Below are positions 1-12,892 of a stretch of 64,000 bases of DNA, piece by piece; position 1 is the first letter of the stretch; each line of letters opens with the position of its first letter. Source of the DNA: Chrysomallon squamiferum. Lineage: Eukaryota; Animalia; Mollusca. The translations under genes were made by a program, and so were the position numbers. The notes beneath the pieces are model-generated. The model was given only the letters and a program-made list of their open reading frames with translations, made no database searches and was not told the DNA's origin. The DNA lies in NCBI GenBank assembly GCA_012295275.1, contig CM022677.1, positions 11,532,001 through 11,596,000 on the forward strand, in the 5' to 3' direction.

Positions 1-224
1 ATTCTTTCTCTGTAGCGGACCTTATTCTGTGAAATATGAAGAATCTCCTCTTATTGTGATATTAGCAGTATTAAGTAAATAAATACTGAACCGTAACGTA
101 ATAGTAGCAGAAATTAAGCAAAATAAATATGTACAGTAACGCGATATTAAGTAAATAAAAACTGTGACGTGATATTAGTAGTATTAAGTAAAGAAATACT
201 GTACAGTGACGTGTGATATTAACC

Positions 225-400
225 AAGACGTTAATACTGGAACGACGGCGACATTACTAGAAATCACAATAATGTATTTGAAGAGGTGATTCGCCCGCTA
301 AAGAATAATGAGAAGGACTCTAGAAAGCTAGAAACAACGCCGTTACGACGGCAACGATGGTGATATTGATAGAAATGGTATAATACATTTTAGAATAGGA
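225..400 (-). repeat. Inverted copy of the ~140-bp CpG-rich repeat family seen at 12.9-13.2 kb
   Basis: GGAACGACGGCGACATTA and ACAACGCCGTTACGACGGCAACGATGG are near reverse complements of TAATGTCGCCGTCGTTCC and CGCCGTCGTTGCCTTCGTAACGACGTTGT at 12895-13060. Confidence 0.75.
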
Positions 401-1875
401 TATCAAACATTGGTAAATTCCTGCACAATAATAAGCAACTTGTAGTGTGAGTTGTAAGTTTTGTGATTTTATTTGGTTTATTTTATTTTATTTTATTTTA
501 TTAATATAAATAAGAAGAAGAAAGAAAAAGTAGGGGAAAAAAAAAAAAAAACACCGTTTATTTGAAGTTAACGGTCAACGATTGGCTAATAATAAGATAA
601 AAAAATATAAATAAATAAATAAAATAAATATATTTTAATAAAGTTTGTGATGTTCCTTTATTTTATTTATTTGTTTTGAACATTATTTTAATTTTTTTTT
701 TTTTTTTTTTTTTTTTTTTGTGCGGGATTGTATATGCAGAAAAATGCGGGATGATCGTCGGACTTTAAGGATTTACTTTTTTTATTTAATGTTCGAAGAA
801 TTTTCTACAGAATTGGTGTAATCGCATTAAAACAGTTGTTTAAAGTATTTCATTTTGTGAAGGAGACAGGTATTACTATTTATTATTATAAATGTTAATA
901 TGTTTGGATTTTTTTCGTTTTATTTAATTATAATTTAAAAGTAACAGACAACTGATGGCAGCCATATTATTTGAGAACAATATTTATTTATTTATTTATT
1001 TATAATTTTTTCAAATAACGACACTCGATTAATAATAACATTCACCAGTGGTTGTACTAATGTGAACAACATAAACAACGTCATGATGTATCAGCAAATT
1101 TTGAGTGGCCAGTAATTAAATTTGTTTTAAAATAAATTGACTTATGTAGCACCAAAGAAACACCACACAACAAGTCACAGAGAATTTAAAATTATTATTA
1201 TTATTATTTTATTGTTATTGTTATTATTTATTTTTCTAATCTTTTTTTTTTTATTTATTATTATTTTTGTTTTGTTGTTGTTGTTGAAATAAACTAATAA
1301 AACTATTAAAAGAAAATATGCTAATTTTGTTTGACAGGTTGTTTTCAGTCAGTTTATTTATGATTTATTATTTTTAAAGATTTAGGTTAAATTGCTGACT
1401 TGCTCTATAATTATTAAACATATTAAACTTTATAATGGGTGGGTCCCTAAATGCTTTCATATTATTTAAGCTAAATACCTGTATCGCTCTATGTTAACAC
1501 TAAAAACAAATAAAGATGAATACAAATTTAAGAAATACATGACCAGGTTATTTTATATGTAGATGATGCTATAAAATATTAATAAAATTATTTATAAAAA
1601 AAAATATTTAAAACACAAATAAACACTCAAATAATTTGTTATCCTGTTCTTTGTTTCTCTTCTTTTCTTAATGGTCAATTTTAATTTATTTATTTACACT
1701 TTGTTTTCTTTTGTTGAATTCCTTCTTTTTCATCTTCTTCTTCTCTTATTATTATTACTACTTTTTATTATTATTATTATGTTTTATTTTTATTATTATT
1801 ATTTTTTGTGATCTTTATTATTATTATCCATTTTATTTTTCATTACTAATATTTTTTATTTTTTATGTTTTCTAG

Positions 1876-2400
1876 GTCATGTGGAGAAAATGTTCCAAAT
1901 GAATTTAAAGAATGGTTCTGTAAAAAATCAGATGTGAGTGAAATATTTTATAAATTTTTCATCTAGCTACACAATCATTGATCAGTATCATACTGTAGAG
2001 TGCAAGTGCTGCTGGAATACTATAATATGATATACCGATGGTTTACATGTATCAACAGGAACAAGAAGAAAAGGGCAGAGCACCATTGAAGTCTGCTTTT
2101 TTGTGAAATCAAGCTGATGCTGGTAAAAACACTGCATCTGCTACGCTGCGAAACACAAAACTAGGCAGACGACTGCGATGGCAAAAATAACAGCCAGAAA
2201 GTTGAGCAGCAGGTAAAATCTGAGCTTGCCTCTCTGAGAATGAAGCTGGATGAGAAGATAAAGAAAACAAAGACTGTAGCTGCAGCAGAACAAGATGAGG
2301 CTCAGGAAGGCAGCGTTCACGAGAGTGATGTCTCACCACATTGACAGTTCGAAGGACTGAGCTAGTCCTGTACCTGATTCAGACAACACAATTCCAAGTT
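1876..2400 (+). pseudogene. Degenerate coding exons (short WFC-containing exon plus coiled-coil segment), product unknown
   Basis: AG/GT-flanked exon near 1876-1933 reads SCGENVPNEFKEWFCKKSD. A downstream GC-richer stretch reads QKVEQQVKSELASLRMKLDEKIKKTKTVAAAEQDEAQE and is bounded by stops. Confidence 0.35.
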
Positions 2401-2613
2401 GCAAGTTTTTTATGTTATTTTTATTTCTTAGCAAATAAAATAAGTTTTATAGTAACAACTCTTTACTGATTGTAAATTAGCATAATAATAATCATTTGTT
2501 TTGTTAATTATTTAAATTATTATCATTATTATCATTATCATTATAATGATTATACAAAGTATATCAAAAATATCCCACATCCCTTTGTGTCTGAATAATC
2601 CAGTAACTGATAA

Positions 2614-2813
2614 NNNNNNNNNNNNNNNNNNNNNNNNNNNNNNNNNNNNNNNNNNNNNNNNNNNNNNNNNNNNNNNNNNNNNNNNNNNNNNNNNNNNNNN
2701 NNNNNNNNNNNNNNNNNNNNNNNNNNNNNNNNNNNNNNNNNNNNNNNNNNNNNNNNNNNNNNNNNNNNNNNNNNNNNNNNNNNNNNNNNNNNNNNNNNNN
2801 NNNNNNNNNNNNN
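2614..2813. other. Assembly gap (200 N)
   Basis: Run of N. Confidence 1.
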
Positions 2814-3700
2814 ACCACTGCTGAATCAATACAACAGTCTGAAACTTCAAAATGTGACTTAGCAGAACCATCACGTGGAGAAAGACCAAGGACATCAACA
2901 TCAGCATCAACCACCACTGCTAAATCAATACAACAGTCTGAAACTACAACATGTGACTGAGGAGAAACATCACGTGGAGAAAGACCAGGGTCATCAACAT
3001 CTAGGAAACGGAAAACAGAAGATGATGAATGCCCGGAGAAGACTCCAAAAGTTCGAAAATCTTCCGAAAGTGACTCTAGAGAGACATCACAAGGAGAAAT
3101 ACCAGGGCCATCAACATTAGCATCACTCACCATTGCTGAATCAAGTTTACTGCAATAAAAAATAAAATAAAAATAGAAATAGTTCAAACAACAAAAAATT
3201 TAATTTCAGAAAGTTACTCTGGAGAAACATCATGTGGAGGACCAGAGACATCAACATCTAGGAAACGGAAAGCAGAGGATGATGAATGCCCGGAGAAGAC
3301 TCCAAAAGTTCGAAAGTCTTCCAAAAGTGACTCTGGAGAAACATCACAGAGCAGAAAGACCGGTGACATCAACATCAGCATCACCTACCACTGCTGAATC
3401 AATACAACAGTCTGAAACTTCAAAATGTGACTCAGGAGAAACATCACGTGGAGAAAGACCAAGGACATCAACATCAGCATTAATCACCACTGCTAAATCA
3501 ATACAACAGTCTGAAACTTCAAAATGTGACTCCGGTGAAACATCACGTGGAGAAAGACCAGGGTCATCAACATCAGCATCAACCACCACTGCTAAATCAA
3601 TACAACAGTCTGAAACTTCAAAATGTTTCTCTGGAGAAACATCACGTGGAGAAAGACCAAGAAGTCAACATCAGCATCAACCACCACTGCTGAATCAATA
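2814..3700 (+). pseudogene. 99-bp (33-aa) Ser/Thr-rich coding tandem repeat with duplicated basic NLS-like block; disrupted
   Basis: CT(G/A)AATCAAT recurs at 2821, 2920, 3394, 3493, 3592 and 3690. Unit reads TSTSASTTTAKSIQQSETSKCDSGETSRGERPR, and RKRK(T/A)EDDECPEKTPKVRK occurs twice. In-frame TGA at 2958-2960, frameshifts near 3348 and 3661, and a possible GT-AG intron at 3144-3209. Confidence 0.7.
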
Positions 3701-3719
3701 CAAAGCCTGAATTAGATAA

Positions 3720-3890
3720 GTCAGAATAATTTCAGAAGACCTTTTAGATAAATGTCACGGAGACTCGTGTTTACATGAGGGTTTTTTTCAGCTGTTTTTT
3801 GAGGTGGTCTAGAAGCAGAATAAATTGTCCAGTTTGCTCTGAAAGATTCACCATCTTCGTGCACACCACAAGAAATGGAAATTGCCACGT
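3720..3890 (+). pseudogene. Degenerate C3HC4 RING finger (Topors/ICP0-like E3 ligase type)
   Basis: Joining two frames across a frameshift near 3780 gives RIISEDLLDKCHGDSCLHE/FFSCFLRWSRSRINCPVCSERFTIFVH. This matches the Topors-type pattern D-x-C-L-H-x-F-C-F-x-C-x3-W-S-x5-C-P-x-C-x3-F, but the first Cys pair and one further Cys are lost. Confidence 0.7.
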
Positions 3891-4235
3891 CTCAGAGTCA
3901 GGAAAGTCGGGCGAAATTTTCCAGCTGGACACATTAACAGTCAGTCTGTTATCAGTCGTTTATTTACTTCTCTATTTTGGAAAAACTTCTTTGCTAATAG
4001 AATTTTGTCTTCTACTAGGATATGAACAATATTTGAAGCCTTACAACATCACTCTATGTGTATTAGTTTTCCTTCAGCTGGTATGCATGTGTTATTTTTT
4101 TTTATTCTACTGATCAAAAATAGAAATATTTATTCATCTATATATTCTACTATATATTTTACTATTCTATTATATATTTTATTCTGCTGCTATGGCTGAA
4201 CTTAACTGTTTCAAAAGTTCTTATTCTTATGTTCA

Positions 4236-4400
4236 TAGTAATAATAATAATGGTGATGATGATGACGATGTTGATGTAGAAAATGGCAGTGATGATGATG
4301 ATGATGTAAAATATGCCATGATGATGATGATGATGATAATGTAGAAGACAGCAGTGATGATGATGTAAAAGAGGCAATGATGATGACGGTGATGATAGTA
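4236..4400. repeat. Degenerate (TAA)n/(GAT)n trinucleotide microsatellite
   Basis: Directly visible; it produces the spurious poly-His/Ile/Ser ORFs. Confidence 0.9.
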
Positions 4401-4502
4401 ATAGAATGCAGATATTTACTTGTAAAATATTTAAATGAAGTTGGAAATATCTGTCCTGGACAACCAAACCCTAGGATATCTACCCCTTGGACAAGTAACA
4501 CC

Positions 4503-4533
<31 letters not shown>

Positions 4534-4564
4534 TATTTATTTTATTTGTTATCTTTGTACACCA

Positions 4565-4633
4565 CAAACCCCGAATCATTTGAAGATTACAGATTTTGGA
4601 TTAGCTAAACTTCTTGATTAAAATGAGGAAGAG
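4565..4633 (+). pseudogene. EGFR: EGFR/ErbB-family tyrosine kinase fragment (DFG motif and start of activation loop)
   Basis: Translates as QTPNHLKITDFGLAKLLD*NEEE, matching the EGFR-family subdomain VII signature TPxHVKITDFGLAKLL. It has an in-frame TAA and no flanking kinase subdomains. Confidence 0.75.
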
Positions 4634-5618
4634 TGAGTGGAACAGTAGTAATTCACATTTCTTACTAATAAAAAAACACTGATAAATTGGTTCAAATTCT
4701 GATTTTAAATATTGAAGTTTAAATTCTGTTTTCTTATTAATAGGGAATATTGAAGAACTGAAATTCTGAATGGTTGAAATTCAATTTTCTTATTAATAGG
4801 GAACTTACAAACTGAAACTTGGAACAGTCTTAATTCAGTTTTTTTTTTATTATCTGGGAACGTCGAGGTGCTGAAATTTCGAAAAGATTAAATTTGAGAT
4901 GTTATGCTATAAACTGGAAAATATATGAGAAACGAGATTTTATTCTTTTTCACTGTTTCAGATGCCAATCAATAATAAAATTACTTTAAAAAAAAAGACG
5001 AATGAATGTGTATTGTTTTATAGTCTCAATTTTAACAAACATATCAAATTTCGCTATGATTGTTTTGAATGCCAGTCTTTAATTTTCTATGAGGTACTGC
5101 ATATAGGGAAAATGTTCATCACAAAAATCTGCATGAACATTTTCCCATTCCCTTTTTTATTATCATATCACCTTTTTCCACTAAATATGTTTTCACAGGG
5201 CTACTTCTCACAAGAAATGACTGAAAACAATTCTAGCTCTGAAATTCACCTAGGAAAGCCACTACATCAGGTAAGAGATAAAATAAAACAGTATAAAAAA
5301 TTTTGTTAATGATATATTAATATGTATATCACTGGTTTCAATATGATCAGATAGAAAAAACAAATGACTAAAATTATTGTTAAAATAATTATCAAATATG
5401 TCCACTTTATGAAATGTCAGGGATAAAGTAGAACACCACATCTTTAGAGTTATCAGTGGAAGGAGAAGAATTTTATGAAAGACAACAGGAATGATTTACA
5501 TCAATTAACGATTTTGACAAACAAGATTTTTCTGGCTCTCATTTCATCAAAGAGAAAATAACATCCTCAAATAGTAAGAAAATACCAATACTATGTTTGT
5601 GGACAGTAAGAAAAGAAA

Positions 5619-5661
<43 letters not shown>

Positions 5662-6127
5662 ATTACATACAGAAGTGCATGTTAAAATTATCAGATATAT
5701 GAGACAGAGAGAAGCAACATACTGACAGAAGACTCAAAACATTCTCCAGTTCATGATGTAATTGTATTAAGAGATGTCGAAGTTGGCAGAACCATCTGAT
5801 CAGTGATTAAACAAAGAATGGATATTTACAGGATGTACAAAATGTGCATTTATGAATCTTCTGGACATGATTCTGGGATCATTGATTAGAACTGTACAGT
5901 TTTTCAGAAGAGTCATTTTTCAATGTTAGATTTAAGTTGACATAAATAAATTGTTTTATTAAAGGTCTACCTTGTTTCTAATCTTTGCTTTTAAGGCGTA
6001 TTAAATAATTATCCTGTATTTTTGTTGCTTTCACTTCAATAAAAACATATTTGTTTAAAGTTATACAATGCAAAGTGAAAGTTAAATATAATATTTACAT
6101 TTTACCTAAACTAATTCTTTAAATTAA

Positions 6128-6570
6128 AAGCCTCTGACTGAAGTAGAAGCCACTGTTCAGTGGTGAACAAGAAACATCAGGAGCCAAAAAATCGGCACCT
6201 TTCTTTGGATACGGCTACAAAACAAGACCAAGTGGAACAGCACAGACAAGAAAGTTAAATTACACAGCCTTGCCAAGAACAACAGTTATCATGACAACAA
6301 TTTCAGACATCTACCACCAAGCATACAAATTCAGCAACCTTGTTCTACAACAAAAGTTTCAGAATTCTCAAAGAGCACTTGGGTTCTGGAAACTTTTCAC
6401 CTATTCTTATACTGGATTACATTATTCATCAGACAATGGTAATCATAATTTTAATACCAACAGCCATGAACCTGAAAACTGTATGGCACTTGTGATAGTA
6501 TTTGGCTATACAAATATTGTCTTTTCATCTAACAACCATCAACAATAGATATTCACAGGTTGCACACTTC
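6128..6570 (+). mobile_element. Possible decayed Crypton/DUF3504 tyrosine-recombinase C-terminal remnant
   Basis: Frame reads KPLTEVEATVQW*TRNIRSQKIGTFL...DKKVKLHSLAK...LPPSIQIQQ, with IFTGCTL downstream. This resembles the DUF3504 order WY..P.G.NKIG.F / K.TNHS.RKT / VP..QIQQ.SGH / F.GCT. Catalytic motifs are not intact. Confidence 0.4.
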
Positions 6571-7804
6571 CTGCCCTTATGTGACTCAAAAATATCAGCA
6601 CTGGGCAGACAACGGGTGCAAGCAATGAAAAATTTCCAGTGGGTTTAATAATCATTATAAATGATTACATTTCATATTTTTGTAATTTTATCATTTGACC
6701 ATTTAATAAAAATTATTTGAAATTGCAGATACTCAAAGATTAAGGAGACAAGGATCCTCTATGCAACATACATGATGAAACTCTTACCTTATTAAATTAC
6801 CACTCTCAGCAGATGAAGTGACATTGAACGGTTTTTAGAATGCATTAGAAACATTTTGTGAAGAATTTTAAAAATAAAAATAAAATTAGAATGTCATATT
6901 TAACAATGCTGAAAGCTTTTCAAATTGTGGATTTTTTTGAAATATTATATTGTTTTGATTGTCAGTGTTGTACTAACTGGCTGAAGATTTAGAAATATAA
7001 AAAGGAACACTTATATAAAACACTACTTTCAGAGATGAATTAGCTAGTGTGAACATTTTGAAAATACTTAACTTTCGCAGAAAATAAAGAGAAAGAGATT
7101 AAGATGTCTGAAAGTGTTTTGATATTTTAATTTTGGTACCTGCAACACGACAGTTACATTTTCTATCTTGCATATTCTCTTTGCACCTATGTACAAAACA
7201 AAAATAATAAAAATAAAAAGTTATATAAAGCATAGGGGCTGACAGTTTCAAATATTTCCATAACCAGAACAAAACAGCATCATCATCAACAACAACAAGC
7301 TGTTACTACTAGTACAGACTTTGTTCCCTTTTGTTGGCACCTGTCATCAAAGAGATGTTTTTGTTGTCATCCAGAACTGGTTCTGAAAGAAAAAACAGGC
7401 AGTGTATAATATTAAATATCTATATTACAGTTTCAATGTACAAAATTACACTAAACATCCAAATGTAGTTCTCTCTCATTCCTCTCAGTAAAAAAATGAA
7501 TGTAATTTAATTTTTAAACAACTGCTACATTTAATAACTATACAAAGACAATAAGAAAGACAATGCTCTAAGAATGTTTTATGCATCACTTAATTTTCTT
7601 TTTTCAAATAGAAGTAGAGAAAGACATCACATGAAATCCAAGCCATCATTATAACCACATGTTCATCTTGTGCATTTTTTATGACGTATTTTTGAAAATG
7701 TTTTATTTTTTTCTTTGTTATTTTTCCTTATTCAAATTCTACAGTTTTCTATTTCTTTCTTTTTATTATTTTTTGTTTTGTTTCACTTTTTGATTGCTTA
7801 AAAG

Positions 7805-7856
<52 letters not shown>

Positions 7857-8764
7857 TTTAAATATATATTTATCACCTGCCTTTTTTCTGAATCAAAATG
7901 GAACATGGCTGCCAATCTGGTAATGGAGTCAGGCTTCATGAAAAATTTTCTCATCTACATCACCAGTAGTACTCTGAAACACTTGTATGTGAAACCCATT
8001 AATTAAAATTACTTAACTACACACATTTGTTATAATTACCAATTAAAAGATTGTTTCTTTTTCATTTTTAAAAACATTATTTGTCATGTAATTCTGATTT
8101 ATTTTTCAGTTACAATTAGAAATGTGTATTAATTCTAGCATGTGTAAAAACTATTTTTAATATTCTGTTTTTTGTGTGAAATTGTATCCCGATTTTTTGC
8201 AAAAGTTCAAATGTAAACCTTGAGTTAAGAGAATTTCAATAAAAAATACTGAAAAACAAAGAAAGATTATAATTAAAATAATTAATTGCCCCAAATCTTT
8301 CTCATTCAAAAGACAAATTAAGAAAAGAACTCACCTCACTGCTACTGACACCATGACAGAACAGCTGAAACAAAAAAGTTGATAAATGAAGGTTCTGGAG
8401 AAAATAAAATACTGTAAAATGCAGCTGATAATAACTAAAACAGCAACTGCCTAGTTTATTTCCCATTATTATTATTATTATTATTATTTAATCATTATTT
8501 TTCTGTAAGTAAAATTAAAGATGACAAGAATGTGTAGTTACTAACAAAGTGAATAACAGAGTGTCTAATCAAGCACTGACAATATTACGATTAGTGAATT
8601 TTCCAAAACTGTTCTAGCATTGTTGCACGAACGCTTGATACTCCAAGAATAGGGCTACAAGAATCTGATATTTCTTACATGGTGAAGAAACTCTTACCTT
8701 ATTAAATTATCAGTTTCAGCAGATGAAGTGACTTTAAAAGATTATAAGAATACGAGTTTCCTTT

Positions 8765-10408
8765 ACGAATGTTTACGAAACTTTCAGCTACTTTGTGTAG
8801 GGACGCCAATAACACTTCCTTCACAGCGCATAATTGACGTCACAAACCCAACAAAAACTGAAATTTTGTTTTTAAATATTGGTTAAGAAGTTTAGTAATT
8901 CATAATTAATTCTGAATATAAGCTGAGGCCTATCAGTTTAAAGATTAATCATGTATGTTTGTGTGTGTGTTCTTTTATCGAATATTTCACTCGGATTTCA
9001 TTTTATTTTAATTTCTTAATATTAATTTTCATTATTTTTATTTTTTAATGAACGTCTTCATACTCTGACAGGAAAGGAAGTAATATTTTGGATGTGGCAG
9101 GTCAAAAAAACAACAACGAAAATTGAGCTTTTCTTTAAAAATATATTAAAAGAGATTGTTTTTGTACCTTTTCGGTTTCACTTTTATTTATTTCTCTTTG
9201 ATCATCTTCCTTATTTTTTGTTTTTCTCTCTCTCTCATTATATTTTTCTCGCTGTCTTCAATATTGATACGATTAAATATAAAAATTTCCATTTGAATCA
9301 AAGAACATCTTTAAAGTACTCATCTATTTATTTTGGGACATTTTCCTCCTGTATTTTTCGGGGATAATATTAAGATGAACCCTTGCTTTTAAAATTAAAG
9401 TTTGGTTTTTACTCAGAAAACTGATTTAAAAAAAAAAAAAAAAAAAATAATGCGAGCCCCCTTTACAATCTTTTGTTGACTAAACTTTTTTATTTCTTTC
9501 TCTTTGATCCTCTTCCTTATTTTTTTTCTCTGTCTCATTGTATCTTTCTCGCTGTCTTCATCGTTGTCTCTCTCTTTTTCGTTCTTTAAAAATACCATAA
9601 AATTCTCTGACTATCTGTTTGAAAAATTTTACTTGGTAACTGTTTATTTTTGATTTCAGGCAGTGTGTGTGAGAGAAAAAAATAAATGGAAAGTTTTATA
9701 TGGTAGAGGAGCAAGAGAAAATTTGTGATATTTTCTCATCACACAAATATGTTAACACACCACACCCTAGATCTGTACCTGCTGTCTTCTGTACAGAGAA
9801 ATATGAATTTAACTTACACTTGTTACAATTAATAATGTTGATATTTATTAAAATAAATATAATTATTTTCATTTTCTGTTGTTCCCTTGTTTTTCATTAT
9901 TAATGCATTTTAAGATAAATTTGAATGAACTGTTACGAATGCAATAAACATCTCTACCAAAACCTTTGAACACATTTCTGTAACAGTAATCTAAATTTTC
10001 CAGAAAAGAAATTTGTGAATGTTGATTATAATTTTCATTACAGTTTATTAATCTTGAACTGGGTAGTCTCAGAAAATCAGTGCTCTGTTGGTTAAACAAG
10101 AGCACACTTCAGCATCAAACTCTGAAAATGTATCATCTTTTTCATAGAACATATGAAAATAACTGTGATTTCTTCAAGTGAGGATAATGTAAATTCTCTT
10201 AATCCACTTGATCGCTGACTGTAAATCATAAAACAAAACACCTGAATTGATATAAGGAAAATGTTTTTATTAGTTTGCGTACATTTCAATAAAAATATTG
10301 AGTCCTTTTTTCACATTCGCAGTTTACAAAAGGCATTTTTCTTACACTTTCATATTCACAAAATTAATTTAAATAGGATAATTTTACATTTTTATACAAA
10401 TACATTAT

Positions 10409-10454
<46 letters not shown>

Positions 10455-12210
10455 TCAGATTGCGTATATACATTTTCCTCCTATATTTTTCGGTGATAAT
10501 ATTAAAATGAACCCTTTTAGAATTAATGTTTGGTCTTTATTCAGAAACCTGAAAAACGGCTTCAGCTAACATCACGGCCGTTTTTACGACGAAACCGAGA
10601 TTGAGAGAAATATTTTAACGTTTGTTATGAATTTACCAGTCCTCTGATCAAAAACAATTCTAGGCCTCAGAAAAAGTAAATATTTTATTATAACCGACAT
10701 TAAAGTTGTATTTTGATAAATTCATACTTTGAATAATTTTAGAAACTTAATAAGTCCGCTTCGCATCGAAATATAAAAATCTTCTTTCAACATTAATATT
10801 AATATGATTTCTCCCCCCTAAAAAAAATTAATGTCCTTCTTATATCCTGAAAAATTTGTGTATTAACATTAATAATAAATTACTTTAACAATAATAAGAA
10901 CATACAGAAACGCGTGAAGTGCTAGTAGATGAATATTGTATTTATTATTGTATTGATATTACTGAAAATTAACTGTGCACCTTTCAGTGTCACAATGTGA
11001 TACTTTGTTTTATGACAGCAGTAACATGACATTCCGCGACACAATTTACATCTCTCCCTACCATGAAATTACATGATTAATCTAAAATTCAAATTTATCA
11101 AATTATGTAATCAAGAATATATCAGATTATTTCTTTTTTAAACACTGAGAGAAGTAAGTTAATCTAGAATGAAATTTCATGTTTATTCAATAATATAACT
11201 GATAATCTCTAATTAATGTAATTTTAATTTCTCATATAAATAATACAGACGTTAAAAAACTTGCGTCTTATTTTGTTATCGATGGGTAACATTATCAGTG
11301 TAAACAGCGATATTCTTTAGTTAAATGTGGTTTTATAAAAGTTCACGATTTCCCATTTAATTTATATATAAATAAATCAATTTATTATTATTATTATCAT
11401 TATTATATACTTTAAAAAAAAAAAAAAAAAGTATTTAGATTTTATCTCGACAGAAACAATACACTAAGAATAAATCTGATTTCTCTGATAACTTTACGAG
11501 GCCTAATAAAAACTTCGAAGTAATTTTTATATCCGCACTCAGAACAGTTCTAATGAAACTAAGAGAATAGCGTCAAACATATATAGGAAGCTTCCGTTTT
11601 TACAAAAAAAAATAAAAACAAAAATATTATTATTGTTGTTATTGTTCTGCTGTTGACAATAAATCAGGACAATTATGGTGTCTGCTTCATTGTTATATAG
11701 ATTATTACTGGTGGAGCGGTTATATTAATATCTAATGTAATAAGAGAACTTCAGGTATAATAAGAAATGTAAAGTATATTACACTATACAACTTGTGCTG
11801 ATGTACCCCTTTTAATGAATATAATGACAAAATAAATTTCGCATAGTAAAATAACGTGTTAAACTCGTTTGTTCTCAGCTAATGTGATATCAGGGAATTA
11901 TCTCTGATATTTTTTAATATAACCTGATATAAATATACGATATTAATAAAATATGATATTAACCTTTCTCAACATACTTAATCTAGAAACTGTAAATATC
12001 ATTGTTCAACCAGCAATTAATTCTCACCTTTTTCTTTTTACAGGTAATTAAACCGCTTATTTTCATAACGCCATGTAGAATTACCGTTTATAGCTGTCAG
12101 TAATATTTAATCTTTTTATTATACGATTTAGAATTAGCAAAGTAAAATATCACGTTACGTTTACTAAAACGAACACTTAGAAGCTGTATCTGAAGTTAGT
12201 TGCACAAAAT
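8765..12210 (-). repeat. Patchy inverted paralogy with 37.7-39.1 kb
   Basis: Blocks 8765-8830, 9580-9670, 9860-9985, 10165-10340 and 12110-12210 are reverse complements of 39005-39062, 38720-38820, 38530-38650, 37875-38050 and 37680-37790. ORFs 10092..10289(-) and 37927..38217(+) share their N-terminus. Confidence 0.8.
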
Positions 12211-12214
12211 TCTG

Positions 12215-12267
<53 letters not shown>

Positions 12268-12625
12268 TATATATATATGCTGCATATATGTAATTAAAAT
12301 AAAACTGAAATAAATATTTATATGATAAAAATAAAATTCTTCTGTCATTATTTCATTGAAATTTTAAAACTATTTTACATTGTTTCTTAATGTTCCCCTA
12401 TCTATATATCTGTCTGTGTGTAAAATATAATTAACGTGTATAATATCATGAATTACAAAGTTGTTCTCTTGTTATAAATTTATTATTAACAGCTAATACA
12501 CATTATTGTTGTGTTTTTGGGTGGGGGTTCCAAGCGTACTCAAATATTCTACTTCATTTTCTTCTTTTTTTTCTGCCTGATATAAGATTTTAAAATCAAA
12601 ACATGAAAGAAACGGATTCGAAGAA

Positions 12626-12668
<43 letters not shown>

Positions 12669-12892
12669 CCAATTAAAATAAAATAGGGGAAACAACCGCA
12701 CGAACAAAAAATGCAAATATAAAAATATAAATTAAAAAAGAACGATGTTTTAAAAACATGACTAAATATGAAACTGGATACCTCACTGGAGATCTACAGA
12801 CATGTTTTAAATCCGAGTTTTAAATAGGGGTCATGTTTCGTCTTTATTTACTGAGTACGTTCAAGTTAGTTTTACATGTTAAAAACTATTCT

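Noticed and set aside
2512-3187. ORFs spanning the first N gap
   Set aside because: They are open only because of Ns or are antisense shadows of the 99-bp repeat.
4162-4583. His/Ile/Asn-rich ORFs
   Set aside because: Translations of trinucleotide microsatellites; the same applies to ORFs at 7766-8006, 15380-15614, 39554-39796, 41150-41338, 44760-45111 and 57397-57716.
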